Part shown: in pieces, positions 50,397 through 59,915 of the stretch | Position numbering within the stretch: position 1 is the first letter of the stretch | How the letters are laid out: each line of letters starts with the position of its first letter | Assembly: GCA_963700635.1 (NCBI GenBank) | Contig: CAVOYH010000001.1 | Location: 160,001-224,000 of the forward strand | Direction: 5' to 3' | DNA length: 64,000 nucleotides | Source of the DNA: an uncultured Bacteroidota bacterium | Lineage (GTDB): Bacteria; Bacteroidota; Ignavibacteria; UBA10030; UBA6906 | Translations under genes and position numbers: made by a program | Notes under the pieces: model-generated | What the model saw: only the letters and a program-made list of their open reading frames with translations | Databases searched by the model: none | What the model was told of the DNA's origin: nothing

Positions 50397-52469
50397 ATGT
50401 CTTCTGAGACGTTGATACTCCTTTCCCTCGCCGTACTCCTGCTTCCCCTCGCGGGGTTCGTGCTGATGATGTTTTTCGGCAAGAAACTGCCGCGCCAGGG
50501 TGATTGGCTGGAGACCGGCCTCAGCACGATCGCGCTCGGACTCGCCCTGGTTGTCCTCTATCAGAAGCTTACCACAATGCCCGGGGAGGTCGCTTCTCTG
50601 AACTTCCCGTGGGTGAACTTCCACAACATCTCCGGCATCGGCCCGCTCACGATCGTCCTCGGGTTCAGCGTCGATAATCTTGCCGCAATTACGATGGTTG
50701 TCGTGATGGTGGTCAGTACACTGGTGCACTATTTTTCCATCGGGTACATGAAGGGTGATGTCCGGTATTCGCGTTACTTCGGGTATCTCGGGCTGTTCAC
50801 GTTCTCGATGTTGATGATCGTGCTGGCAAACAATCTCCTGCTGCTGTATGTCGGTTGGGAACTGGTCGGCTTGAGCTCGTATTTGCTGATCGGCCACTGG
50901 TATGAAAAGAAAAGTGCCAGTGATGCCGCCATGAAGGCCTTTATTACAAATCGTATCGGCGATGTGGGATTTTTTATCGGCATGGCCATCCTCTTTACGA
51001 CATTCCACACATTCGGTCTGCAGGAGATTTTTGATGGAATCGGCTCCGGGCAGCTGCCGTACGGGAGTGAAGGATGGCTGACGGCGGCGGGCGTGCTTAT
51101 CTTCTGCGGTGCCATCGGAAAATCCGCCCAGTTCCCCCTCCATGTCTGGCTTCCCGACGCCATGGAAGGCCCGACACCCGTCAGCGCCCTGATCCACGCA
51201 GCTACCATGGTCGCGGCGGGCGTGTATCTGGTGGCGCGCACGTTTCCCCTCATGACAGCCGATGCGCTGATGGTCATTGCGTACATCGGCGTGACGACGG
51301 CCTTCATTTCCGCTACCATCGCGATCGTGCAAAACGATATTAAGAAGGTGCTCGCATATTCCACGATCAGCCAGCTCGGCTATATGGTGATGGCCCTCGG
51401 TGTCGGTGCATACACGGCCGGATTTTTCCACCTCGTGACACATGCCATGTTCAAGGCCGGACTCTTTCTTGGTTCCGGGTCCGTGATTCATGCCATGCAC
51501 CATGCCCTGCATCACCAGCAGGATCACCACACCGATCCGCAGGACATCAGGAACATGGGCGGGTTGCGGGGCCGGATGCCGATCACGTTCTGGACATTTC
51601 TGATCTACACGCTGGCAATATCCGGAGTCCCGCTGACGTCGGGATTTCTGAGCAAGGACGAGATTCTGGCCGGCACGCTGGCCTTCGGAGGCATGACCGG
51701 ACATGTGGTGGTTCCACTTGTCGGGTTCTTTGTGGCAGGTCTCACCGCATTTTATATGTTCCGCATCGTCATCCTGACGTTCCTGGGGGACCACAAGGAT
51801 GCGGGCAGATATGCCCACGTGCATGAATCCCCGTGGGTTATGACCGTGCCCCTGATGATTCTTGCGGCACTGTCGGTCTTCGCTTTCTTCAGCCTGAACC
51901 CGCTGAATGCATCCTCAAGTTGGATCGCATCAGCAGTGGAGCGGCCTGTGTCCGTTGTGCCTGCCTCCGTCGCCGCCCCGGACAGGGAGGTCTTCGGCGA
52001 GGCGCTGCATCATGCGCACGGCACGGCCATGGTTCTCTCGCTGGCTGTGGCCGGCTCTGGCATCCTGCTTGCCTTTGGTATGTATTTCTGGAAACGAATC
52101 AGCGCAGACGCCATCGCCGCGCGGTTCGCACCGGTCCATCGGTTTTTCATGAACAAGTGGGCGTTTGACGATCTGTATGATACGGTCGTTGTGGGCGGCA
52201 CGTTGGCCTGTACACGACTCCTGCGCTGGTTCGACACCATGGTGATTGACGGAGCAGTCAATGGTACAGGCTGGCTCACACGCGGGGCTTCGTTTGTAAG
52301 TGGCAAGTTTGACACGATTGTGGTGGATGGATTGGTAAACCTCACTGCCTACCTTTCGGGATTCGCCGGTCTGGTTCTCCGCAAATTTCAAACCGGGAAG
52401 GTACAATCCTATATCATGTTTGCGGTAGGCAGTATGCTTGTGCTGTACTTCGTATTCCGCATGGTATGA
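50397..52469 (+). CDS. nuoL: NADH-quinone oxidoreductase subunit L
   Basis: GWELVG..SY.LIG, NRIGD, GKSAQFPLHVWLPDAMEGPTPVSALIHAATMV, HAMFKA. Confidence 0.97.
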   Translation: MSSETLILLSLAVLLLPLAGFVLMMFFGKKLPRQGDWLETGLSTIALGLALVVLYQKLTTMPGEVASLNFPWVNFHNISGIGPLTIVLGFSVDNLAAITMVVVMVVSTLVHYFSIGYMKGDVRYSRYFGYLGLFTFSMLMIVLANNLLLLYVGWELVGLSSYLLIGHWYEKKSASDAAMKAFITNRIGDVGFFIGMAILFTTFHTFGLQEIFDGIGSGQLPYGSEGWLTAAGVLIFCGAIGKSAQFPLHVWLPDAMEGPTPVSALIHAATMVAAGVYLVARTFPLMTADALMVIAYIGVTTAFISATIAIVQNDIKKVLAYSTISQLGYMVMALGVGAYTAGFFHLVTHAMFKAGLFLGSGSVIHAMHHALHHQQDHHTDPQDIRNMGGLRGRMPITFWTFLIYTLAISGVPLTSGFLSKDEILAGTLAFGGMTGHVVVPLVGFFVAGLTAFYMFRIVILTFLGDHKDAGRYAHVHESPWVMTVPLMILAALSVFAFFSLNPLNASSSWIASAVERPVSVVPASVAAPDREVFGEALHHAHGTAMVLSLAVAGSGILLAFGMYFWKRISADAIAARFAPVHRFFMNKWAFDDLYDTVVVGGTLACTRLLRWFDTMVIDGAVNGTGWLTRGASFVSGKFDTIVVDGLVNLTAYLSGFAGLVLRKFQTGKVQSYIMFAVGSMLVLYFVFRMV

Positions 52470-52508
52470 CCATGCAGTAAAGCGTAACTCCTGGAGGATG
52501 GATCGTAC

Positions 52509-54164
52509 ATGGAATTCACATTGTTAGGCATCGGAATCCTGACCTGGATCACGTTTCTGCCTGTCGTCGGCATGGTAATCGTGTTGCTTCTGCCGAAGGA
52601 GAGCAGAGACGCGATACGCTGGACGGCTCTGGCGTTCACCACGTTGCAGGTGGTTCTTGCCGTTGTCATCTTTGCCCGGTTCGACAGGACGCTGGCAGGG
52701 ATAAACACGGAAGCAGGAATGCAGTTCGTCGAAAAAGCGACGTGGATTGACATCCAGAGCGTTGCCTGGTTTGGCCGCGTTCATATAGAGTATTTCCTGG
52801 GCATTGACGGGCTGAGTGTTGTGATGGTCCTGCTCACAGCCCTCATCTGTTTTATCGCCACCATCTCCTCATGGACGATCACGAAGTCACTCAAAGGGTA
52901 TTTTGCCCTCTTTCTCCTTCTGGATACGGGGATGATGGGTGTCTTTGTGGCCATGGATTTCTTCCTGTTCTATGTGTTCTGGGAAGTCATGCTGCTCCCG
53001 ATGTATTTCCTGATTGGTGTATGGGGCGGCCCACGGCGGGAATACGCGGCGATCAAGTTCTTCCTGTACACGCTTCTTGGCAGCGTCCTGATGCTGCTCG
53101 CCATGATCGCCCTGTACTTCAGCACGAATGTCTACATTGATCCAGCCGGCGCCCTCTATTCCGTGGCGGAAGCGGCAAAGACCGGTATGCAGGGACTTGA
53201 GAAGATCCACACATTTAATCTCATCGCGATGATGGATCCGGGAAACATGGTCCCGGGATCACTGCTTGCGGGATGGGAAACGTCATGGCGTTATATTGCC
53301 TACGGGGCGCTGTTCGTAGGATTTGCGATCAAAGTCCCGCTCTTCCCCTTCCACACCTGGCTGCCCGATGCCCATGTGGAGGCACCAACGCCAATCAGCG
53401 TCATCCTTGCAGGCGTGCTCCTGAAGATGGGCGCCTACGGCATGCTGCGTATCAGCTTCCCGGTGTTCCCCGATGCGATGCGCCATTTTGCCTGGGAACT
53501 TGCACTGCTGGGTGTTATCAGTATGGTCTACGGCGCCCTGGTGGCAATGGCGCAGACAGATTTTAAGAAGCTCATCGCCTATTCGAGCGTGAGCCATATG
53601 GGGATCGTGATCCTGGGGATGGCCTCGATGAACACCCAGGGCATGATGGGTGGCGTCTTTCAGATGTTTAACCATGGCACGATCACCGCGATGCTCTTCC
53701 TTATCGTGGGCGTGATCTATGACCGTACGCATACCCGCGGCATTGACGAGTTCGGCGGGTTGATGAACAAGATGCCCCGATATGCCGCCGTGATGACCGT
53801 CGCATTCTTCGCCGCCCTGGGCCTGCCCGGTCTGAGCGGCTTTATCAGTGAAGCCTTCGCCCTGCTCGGCGCCTTCCAGACCTTCCAGACGCTTACCATC
53901 ATCGGTGCCGTCACGATCGTGCTTACCGCAGGCTATATGTTGTGGGTGCTCCAGCGTGTGTTCCTGGGGACGCTGCCCGAAAAGTGGCAGGGACTGACGG
54001 ACATGAACGGCCGGGAGACATTCATGCTGACGACGCTGGCCGTCATCGTGATCTTCCTGGGGATCTATCCGGCTCCCGTACTCGATCTGATGAACGTCTC
54101 ATTGAGCTCGCTTGCCGGACTTCTCGATCAGGCAGGTGCTGTCGGGGTTATGGGTATACAATAG
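52509..54164 (+). CDS. nuoM: NADH-quinone oxidoreductase subunit M
   Basis: LGIDGLS, FYVFWE, KFFLYT, KVPLFPFHTWLPDAHVEAPT, IAYSSVSHMG. Confidence 0.97.
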   Translation: MEFTLLGIGILTWITFLPVVGMVIVLLLPKESRDAIRWTALAFTTLQVVLAVVIFARFDRTLAGINTEAGMQFVEKATWIDIQSVAWFGRVHIEYFLGIDGLSVVMVLLTALICFIATISSWTITKSLKGYFALFLLLDTGMMGVFVAMDFFLFYVFWEVMLLPMYFLIGVWGGPRREYAAIKFFLYTLLGSVLMLLAMIALYFSTNVYIDPAGALYSVAEAAKTGMQGLEKIHTFNLIAMMDPGNMVPGSLLAGWETSWRYIAYGALFVGFAIKVPLFPFHTWLPDAHVEAPTPISVILAGVLLKMGAYGMLRISFPVFPDAMRHFAWELALLGVISMVYGALVAMAQTDFKKLIAYSSVSHMGIVILGMASMNTQGMMGGVFQMFNHGTITAMLFLIVGVIYDRTHTRGIDEFGGLMNKMPRYAAVMTVAFFAALGLPGLSGFISEAFALLGAFQTFQTLTIIGAVTIVLTAGYMLWVLQRVFLGTLPEKWQGLTDMNGRETFMLTTLAVIVIFLGIYPAPVLDLMNVSLSSLAGLLDQAGAVGVMGIQ

Positions 54165-54209
54165 GCACCATGGTATCACTGTTTCTATCCGAACAACTGA
54201 GTCTGAGTC

Positions 54210-55718
54210 ATGACTGACCGTTTACTTCACGACCTCGCGCTGATGATGCCGGAGACGGTTCTGACCGTCACGGTGCTTGTCGCGTTGATCGCTGACCTGA
54301 TCTTTCGCCGCAGTACTGTCATCGTGTCCGGCCTGGTGCTCATCGGGCTCGCCGTGGCAGGGGTGCTTGTTCTGGGACAGGTGCATGTGAGCACAAGCAT
54401 TTTCACCGGAATGCTCGCTGTGGACCCCTTCGCCTGGTTCTTTAAACTGGTAATCCTGCTGTCCGCGATGCTGATCGTGGTGTTCTCTCTCGGCTTTACG
54501 GAGCTGAATACGGGTGGGCGCAAAGTGGGCGAGTACTATGCGCTTCTGGTGGCTCTGACACTCGGGTTGATGCTTATGGCGGGGGCGAACAATCTGCTGA
54601 TGATGTACCTGGCCATCGAACTATCCTCCCTGAGCTCGTATATTCTGTCCGGGTACACGCGCGAGGCGCCCGATTCTAGCGAGGCATCACTCAAATATGT
54701 CATCTACGGGGCACTTTCCTCGGGCCTTATGCTGTACGGCATCTCGATGTTGTACGGTCTGACAAACACTCTCGGTTTTGCAGAGATTAATGCAGCCTTG
54801 CCGGGAGTGCTTGAAAATGGAACAACGTCGACCCTGGCCCTGGTGTTTTCGGGAATGCTGATTGTGGCGGGACTGGGATACAAGATTTCTGCCGTACCGT
54901 TCCATTTCTGGGCGCCCGATGTGTACGAGGGCGCGCCCATTACCATCACGGCTTTCCTGTCGGTGGCCTCAAAAGCAGCAGGCTTTGCCCTGATGATCCG
55001 CTTCTTCAAAGTGGCGTTCATCGATAGCAGCGTGCTTAGTTCCATCCCCGGAGTGTGGGCAATCCTTCCCGGTTTTGACTGGCGGGAAGTTGTCGCGGTG
55101 CTGTCTGTTCTCACCATGACCGTCGGGAATCTGGTCGCCATCTGGCAGAATAACCTCAAACGGCTTCTGGCGTACTCCAGCATCGCCCATGCCGGATATA
55201 TGCTGATGGGTGTCGTGCTGCTCAGCAACGAGGGCCTGAGTGCGATTATGCTGTACTTTGTGATCTATCTCTTTATGAATCTCGGGGCCTTCTACATCGT
55301 TATGCTGATTGCGAACAGGACGGGAAGTGAGGATATTGAAGAGTACCGGGGGCTTGGATCCAGGGCGCCATTTATGATGGTGGCCCTTGGTATCTTCCTG
55401 GTCTCGCTGACCGGTCTCCCTCCGACGGCGGGCTTTATCGGGAAGCTGTACCTGTTTGCGGCACTCATTGACAGCGGCTGGATCTGGCTTGCAATCGTTG
55501 GGGCTCTCAACAGTGTTGTCGCGCTGTATTATTACGTTCGCGTGCTGCGGAATGTGTTTCTGCGGGGAAGCGAACAGCCGGCTCCGGCGTTTGTGTTTGG
55601 GCGGCTGGAAAATATTGTGGTCCTGGTGTTGCTGGTTCCGACACTCCTCCTGGGCCTCTACTTCACACCGCTTGTCGAGCTTGCTCAGGCCTCGGTAAAG
55701 ATCTTCGGCACACCCTGA
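54210..55718 (+). CDS. nuoN: NADH-quinone oxidoreductase subunit N
   Basis: EASLKY, KISAVPFHFWAPDVYEGAP, KRLLAYSSIAHAGY, GLPPTAGFIGK. Confidence 0.97.
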   Translation: MTDRLLHDLALMMPETVLTVTVLVALIADLIFRRSTVIVSGLVLIGLAVAGVLVLGQVHVSTSIFTGMLAVDPFAWFFKLVILLSAMLIVVFSLGFTELNTGGRKVGEYYALLVALTLGLMLMAGANNLLMMYLAIELSSLSSYILSGYTREAPDSSEASLKYVIYGALSSGLMLYGISMLYGLTNTLGFAEINAALPGVLENGTTSTLALVFSGMLIVAGLGYKISAVPFHFWAPDVYEGAPITITAFLSVASKAAGFALMIRFFKVAFIDSSVLSSIPGVWAILPGFDWREVVAVLSVLTMTVGNLVAIWQNNLKRLLAYSSIAHAGYMLMGVVLLSNEGLSAIMLYFVIYLFMNLGAFYIVMLIANRTGSEDIEEYRGLGSRAPFMMVALGIFLVSLTGLPPTAGFIGKLYLFAALIDSGWIWLAIVGALNSVVALYYYVRVLRNVFLRGSEQPAPAFVFGRLENIVVLVLLVPTLLLGLYFTPLVELAQASVKIFGTP

Positions 55719-55828
55719 GCCGTTCCCGTCCGTTGACGGTAGACGCGCACTTTCCCCCCCCCCGGCGGCTTTACGTCTCCGCGTGCTCTGCGGTATCCGG
55801 TATTCCGCCCTGCTGGCCGATGCGGTGA

Positions 55829-56599
55829 TTACCGTTTTGCAACGCGCTCACAGATCATCCTGATTCCTTCGAGGACCAGGGAAGGCTCACACTGTTCGAT
55901 GACTTTCGTATGCTGGGCGATGGAGCGTGACAACCCGCCCGTTGCGATCACACGAGCCTGCGCACCCAGTTCTGCCCGGATTCTCCCGACGATCCCTTCC
56001 ACTGCATCGAGGGTGCCCAGCATGATCCCCGCCTGCATGCTGCTGACGGTGTCTTTGCCGATGGCCTGTGAAGGGAAGCGCAGCTCCACACGGGGGAGTT
56101 TTGCTGCTCTCCGGTGCAATTCTGCGGCCATGGTTTCGAGCCCGGGGGCGATCACCCCGCCGATATAGTCGCCCTCGGCTGACAGAACATCGTAGGTCGT
56201 TGCAGTCCCGAAATCGATGATGATCAACGGCCCGCCGTACTTCGCAAAGCCTGCCACCGCATTACAGATTCTGTCCGCCCCCACGGCAGAAGGGTCGTTG
56301 TAGAGGATACGCATACCCAGATCCAAAGCGCCTGTGACCGTTATCGGTTCGACGTGGAAGTGCTTGCGGGCGAGGTGCTCGTAGATAAACGTGAGGTCGG
56401 GGACAACCGATGAGATGCCGACGCTGGTAATATTCTGCCGGTCAACGCCTGCATCGGCGAAAAAGCTCCTGATCGTGAGCCAGTTTTCATCGGCGGTCCG
56501 GTGGGTGACGCTGGCTACGCGCCAATCGGCGACCAGTTGGTCCCCTTCAAACACACCAATCACCGTGTGCGTGTTGCCGATATCAACTGTCAGCAGCAT
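55829..56599 (-). CDS. coaX: Type III pantothenate kinase
   Basis: DIGNT, SSVVP, VGADR, IDFGTATT, GGVIAPG, IATGG. Confidence 0.97.
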   Translation of the reverse strand: MLLTVDIGNTHTVIGVFEGDQLVADWRVASVTHRTADENWLTIRSFFADAGVDRQNITSVGISSVVPDLTFIYEHLARKHFHVEPITVTGALDLGMRILYNDPSAVGADRICNAVAGFAKYGGPLIIIDFGTATTYDVLSAEGDYIGGVIAPGLETMAAELHRRAAKLPRVELRFPSQAIGKDTVSSMQAGIMLGTLDAVEGIVGRIRAELGAQARVIATGGLSRSIAQHTKVIEQCEPSLVLEGIRMICERVAKR

Positions 56600-57383
56600 A
56601 TGATTCCATGTCCAAGATAGTGACGTCTCCGGCGAGAAATGTGAACTCGCCTTTTCCGGTATCGACGATCAAGCCGCCCCCTGCACTGATTCCCTGTACT
56701 GTGCCATTGACCACCGTGCCATTATTTGCCAGGGAAATTCTCTTTCCAATAAGGGGTGCATATTCCAGCCAGCGGGTAGTTACGCTCCGAAACCCCAGCG
56801 CGGCCTGAGTGGCATATTCTTCTTCCAGACTTTTGAGCAATGCCCTAAAAAGATCCGATCGGTCGTGGCGGACGCCGGTGACGAGGGACAGCGACGTGGC
56901 CCGGGACTTTAATACGTCGGAGAATTGTTCCTGGTTGACGTTCAGGCCGATTCCGGCAATAACCGATTCAACCCGGTCGCCGGCCAGGGATCCTTCAAGC
57001 AAGATACCGGCAAGCTTTCGCCCGCTGTGCAGAATGTCATTCGGCCATTTGCAGAAGACCCGGATGCCTGTGTGTTGTTCTATGCCCCGGGCTATCCCGA
57101 CCGCCACAAGGAGCGACAGAAGGTTCATTGCGTCCGCCGGAATCTGTGGCCGGAGGATGATGGAAAATGTAAGATTCTCCCCGGGCAGCGCACTCCACGA
57201 CCGCCCGAGACGCCCCCGGCCGGCGGTCTGTGACTCCGCAAAAACAACAGTACCCTCCTCAGCCCAGCAGGCGGCAAGCGCGCGCGCGCAGGAGTTTGTT
57301 GAGTCGATGGTTTCGAAAGAGTATACTTTCTTGCCAAAGGTCTTTGTCTGGAGTCCGTTGCCAAGAATTTCGGGGGAGAGCAT
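56583..57383 (-). CDS. birA: Biotin--protein ligase (no N-terminal HTH)
   Basis: DSTN, QTAGRGRLGRSW, KWPNDI, KLAGIL, GIGLN. Confidence 0.96.
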   Translation of the reverse strand: MLSPEILGNGLQTKTFGKKVYSFETIDSTNSCARALAACWAEEGTVVFAESQTAGRGRLGRSWSALPGENLTFSIILRPQIPADAMNLLSLLVAVGIARGIEQHTGIRVFCKWPNDILHSGRKLAGILLEGSLAGDRVESVIAGIGLNVNQEQFSDVLKSRATSLSLVTGVRHDRSDLFRALLKSLEEEYATQAALGFRSVTTRWLEYAPLIGKRISLANNGTVVNGTVQGISAGGGLIVDTGKGEFTFLAGDVTILDMESYAADS

Positions 57384-57505
57384 AATCGCCGTATTTGTAC
57401 GGACACTATATACGAAACAGGCCTCTCAGAATCAAGGAAATCAAATTCTCCATAAACAGTCAATACGACAGTATAACGGCCAATATGGCAGCAGTTACAC
57501 GTTAT

Positions 57506-57520
57506 CTGACATGTTGTCAG
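57506..57520. promoter_or_regulatory. Palindrome CTGACA-N3-TGTCAG, candidate upstream activator site
   Basis: Perfect 6-bp inverted repeat about 90 bp upstream of the dnaK sigma54 motif, separated from it by AT-rich DNA. Confidence 0.5.
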
Positions 57521-57606
57521 CACGTCAAACTTCTGAATCAAGAATCGGTTGTCGTCTAAATGCCCTATTTATATAGAGTTATCCATATTATGTAGTTGGC
57601 ACTTGC

Positions 57607-57622
57607 TGGCATAGCTATTGCA
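57607..57622 (+). promoter_or_regulatory. sigma54 (-24/-12) promoter of dnaK
   Basis: TGGCATAGCTATTGCA, GG-N10-GC, near consensus TGGCAC-N5-TTGCA, 50 nt before the dnaK ATG. Confidence 0.75.
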
Positions 57623-57672
57623 ACAACAGAGGTACATAGCAAAATGACATTTGAATAAGGAGAAGATCTGTA

Positions 57673-59595
57673 ATGAGCAAGATCATTGGAATTGACCTTG
57701 GAACGACAAATTCTGTAGTGGCCGTGATGGAGGGGAATGACCCGGTTGTTATTGCAAACGCAGAGGGTGGGCGGACGACTCCGTCCGTTGTTGCGTTCGC
57801 AAAGAACGGAGAACGTCTCGTCGGACAGGCGGCAAAACGTCAGGCCGTAACAAATTCGGAAAATACCGTTTTCTCAATCAAACGGTTTATGGGCCGCTTT
57901 CACGACGAAGTAAACGAAGAAATGAAAATCGTGCCCTACAAAGTGGTTCATGGAGACAACAATACCGCGCGTGTTGAAGCGGGTGGGCGGGTCTACTCAC
58001 CCCCCGAAATCAGCGCAATGGTGCTCCAGAAAATGAAGCAAACTGCTGAAGACTATCTGGGCCAGAAAGTCACGGAAGCCGTGATCACCGTACCAGCGTA
58101 CTTTAATGATGCCCAGCGTCAGGCCACCAAAGAAGCCGGCGAAATTGCAGGCCTGACCGTTCGACGGATTATCAACGAACCGACCGCTGCCGCGCTGGCG
58201 TATGGCCTTGACAAGAAAAACAAGGACCTCAAAGTTGCCATCTATGACCTCGGCGGTGGAACATTCGACATCTCTATCCTCGAACTGGGCGACGGCGTTT
58301 TTGAAGTAAAGTCCACCAGTGGCGACACACACCTTGGCGGCGACAATTTTGATCACCGGATTGTGGACTTCGTCGCCGATGAGTTCAAGCGCCAGGAAGG
58401 GATCGATCTCCGCAAAGACCCGATGGCGTTGCAGCGTCTGCGCGAAGCCGCGGAAAAAGCGAAGATGGAATTATCACAACTCGTGCAGACCGAGATTAAC
58501 CTGCCGTTTATCACGGCCACAGCGGATGGCCCGAAACATCTTAACATCACCCTCACGCGGGCCAAGTTTGAACAGCTTGTGGATGATCTGATCCAGCGCA
58601 CGCTCGGACCGACGGAGCAGGCGCTCAAGGAGGCCGGCTTAAACCCCACCCAGATCGATGAAGTGATTCTGGTCGGCGGTATGACCCGCATTCCCAAGGT
58701 TCAGGAACTCGTCCGGCAAATTTTCGGGCGCGAACCCCACCGCGGGGTGAATCCCGACGAAGTGGTTGCAGTGGGTGCGGCCATCCAGGGAGGGGTGCTC
58801 ACCGGTGATGTGACGGATGTGCTGCTGCTCGACGTGACACCGCTCTCGCTCGGCATCGAGACCCTCGGCAATGTGATGACCAAGCTGATCGACTCGAATA
58901 CCACCATTCCGACTCGGAAGGGCGAAGTGTTCTCGACGGCCTCAGACAGCCAGACATCGGTTGAGATACATGTTCTCCAGGGCGAACGGCCGATGGCGAT
59001 TGACAACCGGACGCTCGGTAAGTTTCACCTGGACGGTATTCCACCCGCGCCGAGAGGTATTCCACAAATCGAAGTAACATTTGATATCGACGCCAATGGA
59101 ATGCTCCACGTGTCGGCCAAGGATAAAGCAAGCAACAAGGAACAGTCGATCCGGATTACCTCTTCCAGCGGTCTGAGCAAGGAAGAGGTGGAGAAGATGA
59201 AGCGTGAAGCGCAAGCTCATGCGTCCGACGACAAGAAACGGCGCGAAGAAATAGACACAAAAAATCAGGCCGACAATCTGACGTTCCAGACCGAAAAACA
59301 ACTGAAGGATTTCGGCGAAAAGATCAGCGCGGATCTGCGGGCCAAGGTCGAGAATGCCAATACGCAGCTCAAAGACGCAGTCAAAAACGGCGATGCGGCC
59401 GCGATCAAAGCGGGCATGGAAACCCTTAACAGTGCGTGGAATGAAGCATCCACACAGATGTACCAGCAGTCAACCGCAGAAGCGCAAAAATCCGGAGGTG
59501 GTCCGGAAGCCGGCCCGGCTCCCGGCGGCGAGAAAAAGACGGACGAAAAGAAGGTTGAAGACGCCGACTACGAGGTGATGGACGACAAGAAGTAA
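57673..59595 (+). CDS. dnaK: Chaperone DnaK
   Basis: [48 protein letters not shown]. Confidence 0.99.
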   Translation: MSKIIGIDLGTTNSVVAVMEGNDPVVIANAEGGRTTPSVVAFAKNGERLVGQAAKRQAVTNSENTVFSIKRFMGRFHDEVNEEMKIVPYKVVHGDNNTARVEAGGRVYSPPEISAMVLQKMKQTAEDYLGQKVTEAVITVPAYFNDAQRQATKEAGEIAGLTVRRIINEPTAAALAYGLDKKNKDLKVAIYDLGGGTFDISILELGDGVFEVKSTSGDTHLGGDNFDHRIVDFVADEFKRQEGIDLRKDPMALQRLREAAEKAKMELSQLVQTEINLPFITATADGPKHLNITLTRAKFEQLVDDLIQRTLGPTEQALKEAGLNPTQIDEVILVGGMTRIPKVQELVRQIFGREPHRGVNPDEVVAVGAAIQGGVLTGDVTDVLLLDVTPLSLGIETLGNVMTKLIDSNTTIPTRKGEVFSTASDSQTSVEIHVLQGERPMAIDNRTLGKFHLDGIPPAPRGIPQIEVTFDIDANGMLHVSAKDKASNKEQSIRITSSSGLSKEEVEKMKREAQAHASDDKKRREEIDTKNQADNLTFQTEKQLKDFGEKISADLRAKVENANTQLKDAVKNGDAAAIKAGMETLNSAWNEASTQMYQQSTAEAQKSGGGPEAGPAPGGEKKTDEKKVEDADYEVMDDKK

Positions 59596-59633
59596 GTCCG
59601 GAGCGGCAAAAGAGAAACAGGATAGAGGAGACA

Positions 59634-59915
59634 ATGGAAGGCGAGGCGACCCCTCGCCTTTTATATCCCATGGAAATCTTCATCATTCTTTTCGGCGTTG
59701 GCGTGGTCGGCTGGGTCATCTGGGCTGCTGCATCCGGGAAGATGTTTTCCGGAGGCGGCTCCGGTAGCGCCCCGCTGACGGCATTCCATGATTTTCAACC
59801 ACGCGACAAACAGGAAGCCGTGGAAGTTATCATCGATCAGAGGGCGGGGAAACGATGGGAGCAGCAGAACACCGGAGAAGGGAAGAACGAAAGCGAGCAC
59901 AACAATGAACCTTAA
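59634..59915 (+). CDS. Small single-TM hypothetical protein between dnaK and clpB
   Basis: RBS GAGGAG before ATG 59634 (alternative start 59670), [21 protein letters not shown], stop overlaps the clpB start. Confidence 0.65.
   Translation: MEGEATPRLLYPMEIFIILFGVGVVGWVIWAAASGKMFSGGGSGSAPLTAFHDFQPRDKQEAVEVIIDQRAGKRWEQQNTGEGKNESEHNNEP
59638..59664 (+). terminator. Intrinsic terminator downstream of dnaK
   Basis: AAGGCGAGG-CGACC-CCTCGCCTT 9-bp stem followed by TTAT. Confidence 0.65.

Noticed and set aside
50034-51824. 596-aa ORF antisense to nuoK/nuoL
   Set aside because: Shadow frame of a conserved hydrophobic gene in GC-rich DNA, with no recognisable motifs or RBS.
55754-55763. C10 homopolymer
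   Set aside because: Lies between convergent stops (nuoN/coaX), so phase variation would have no evident target.
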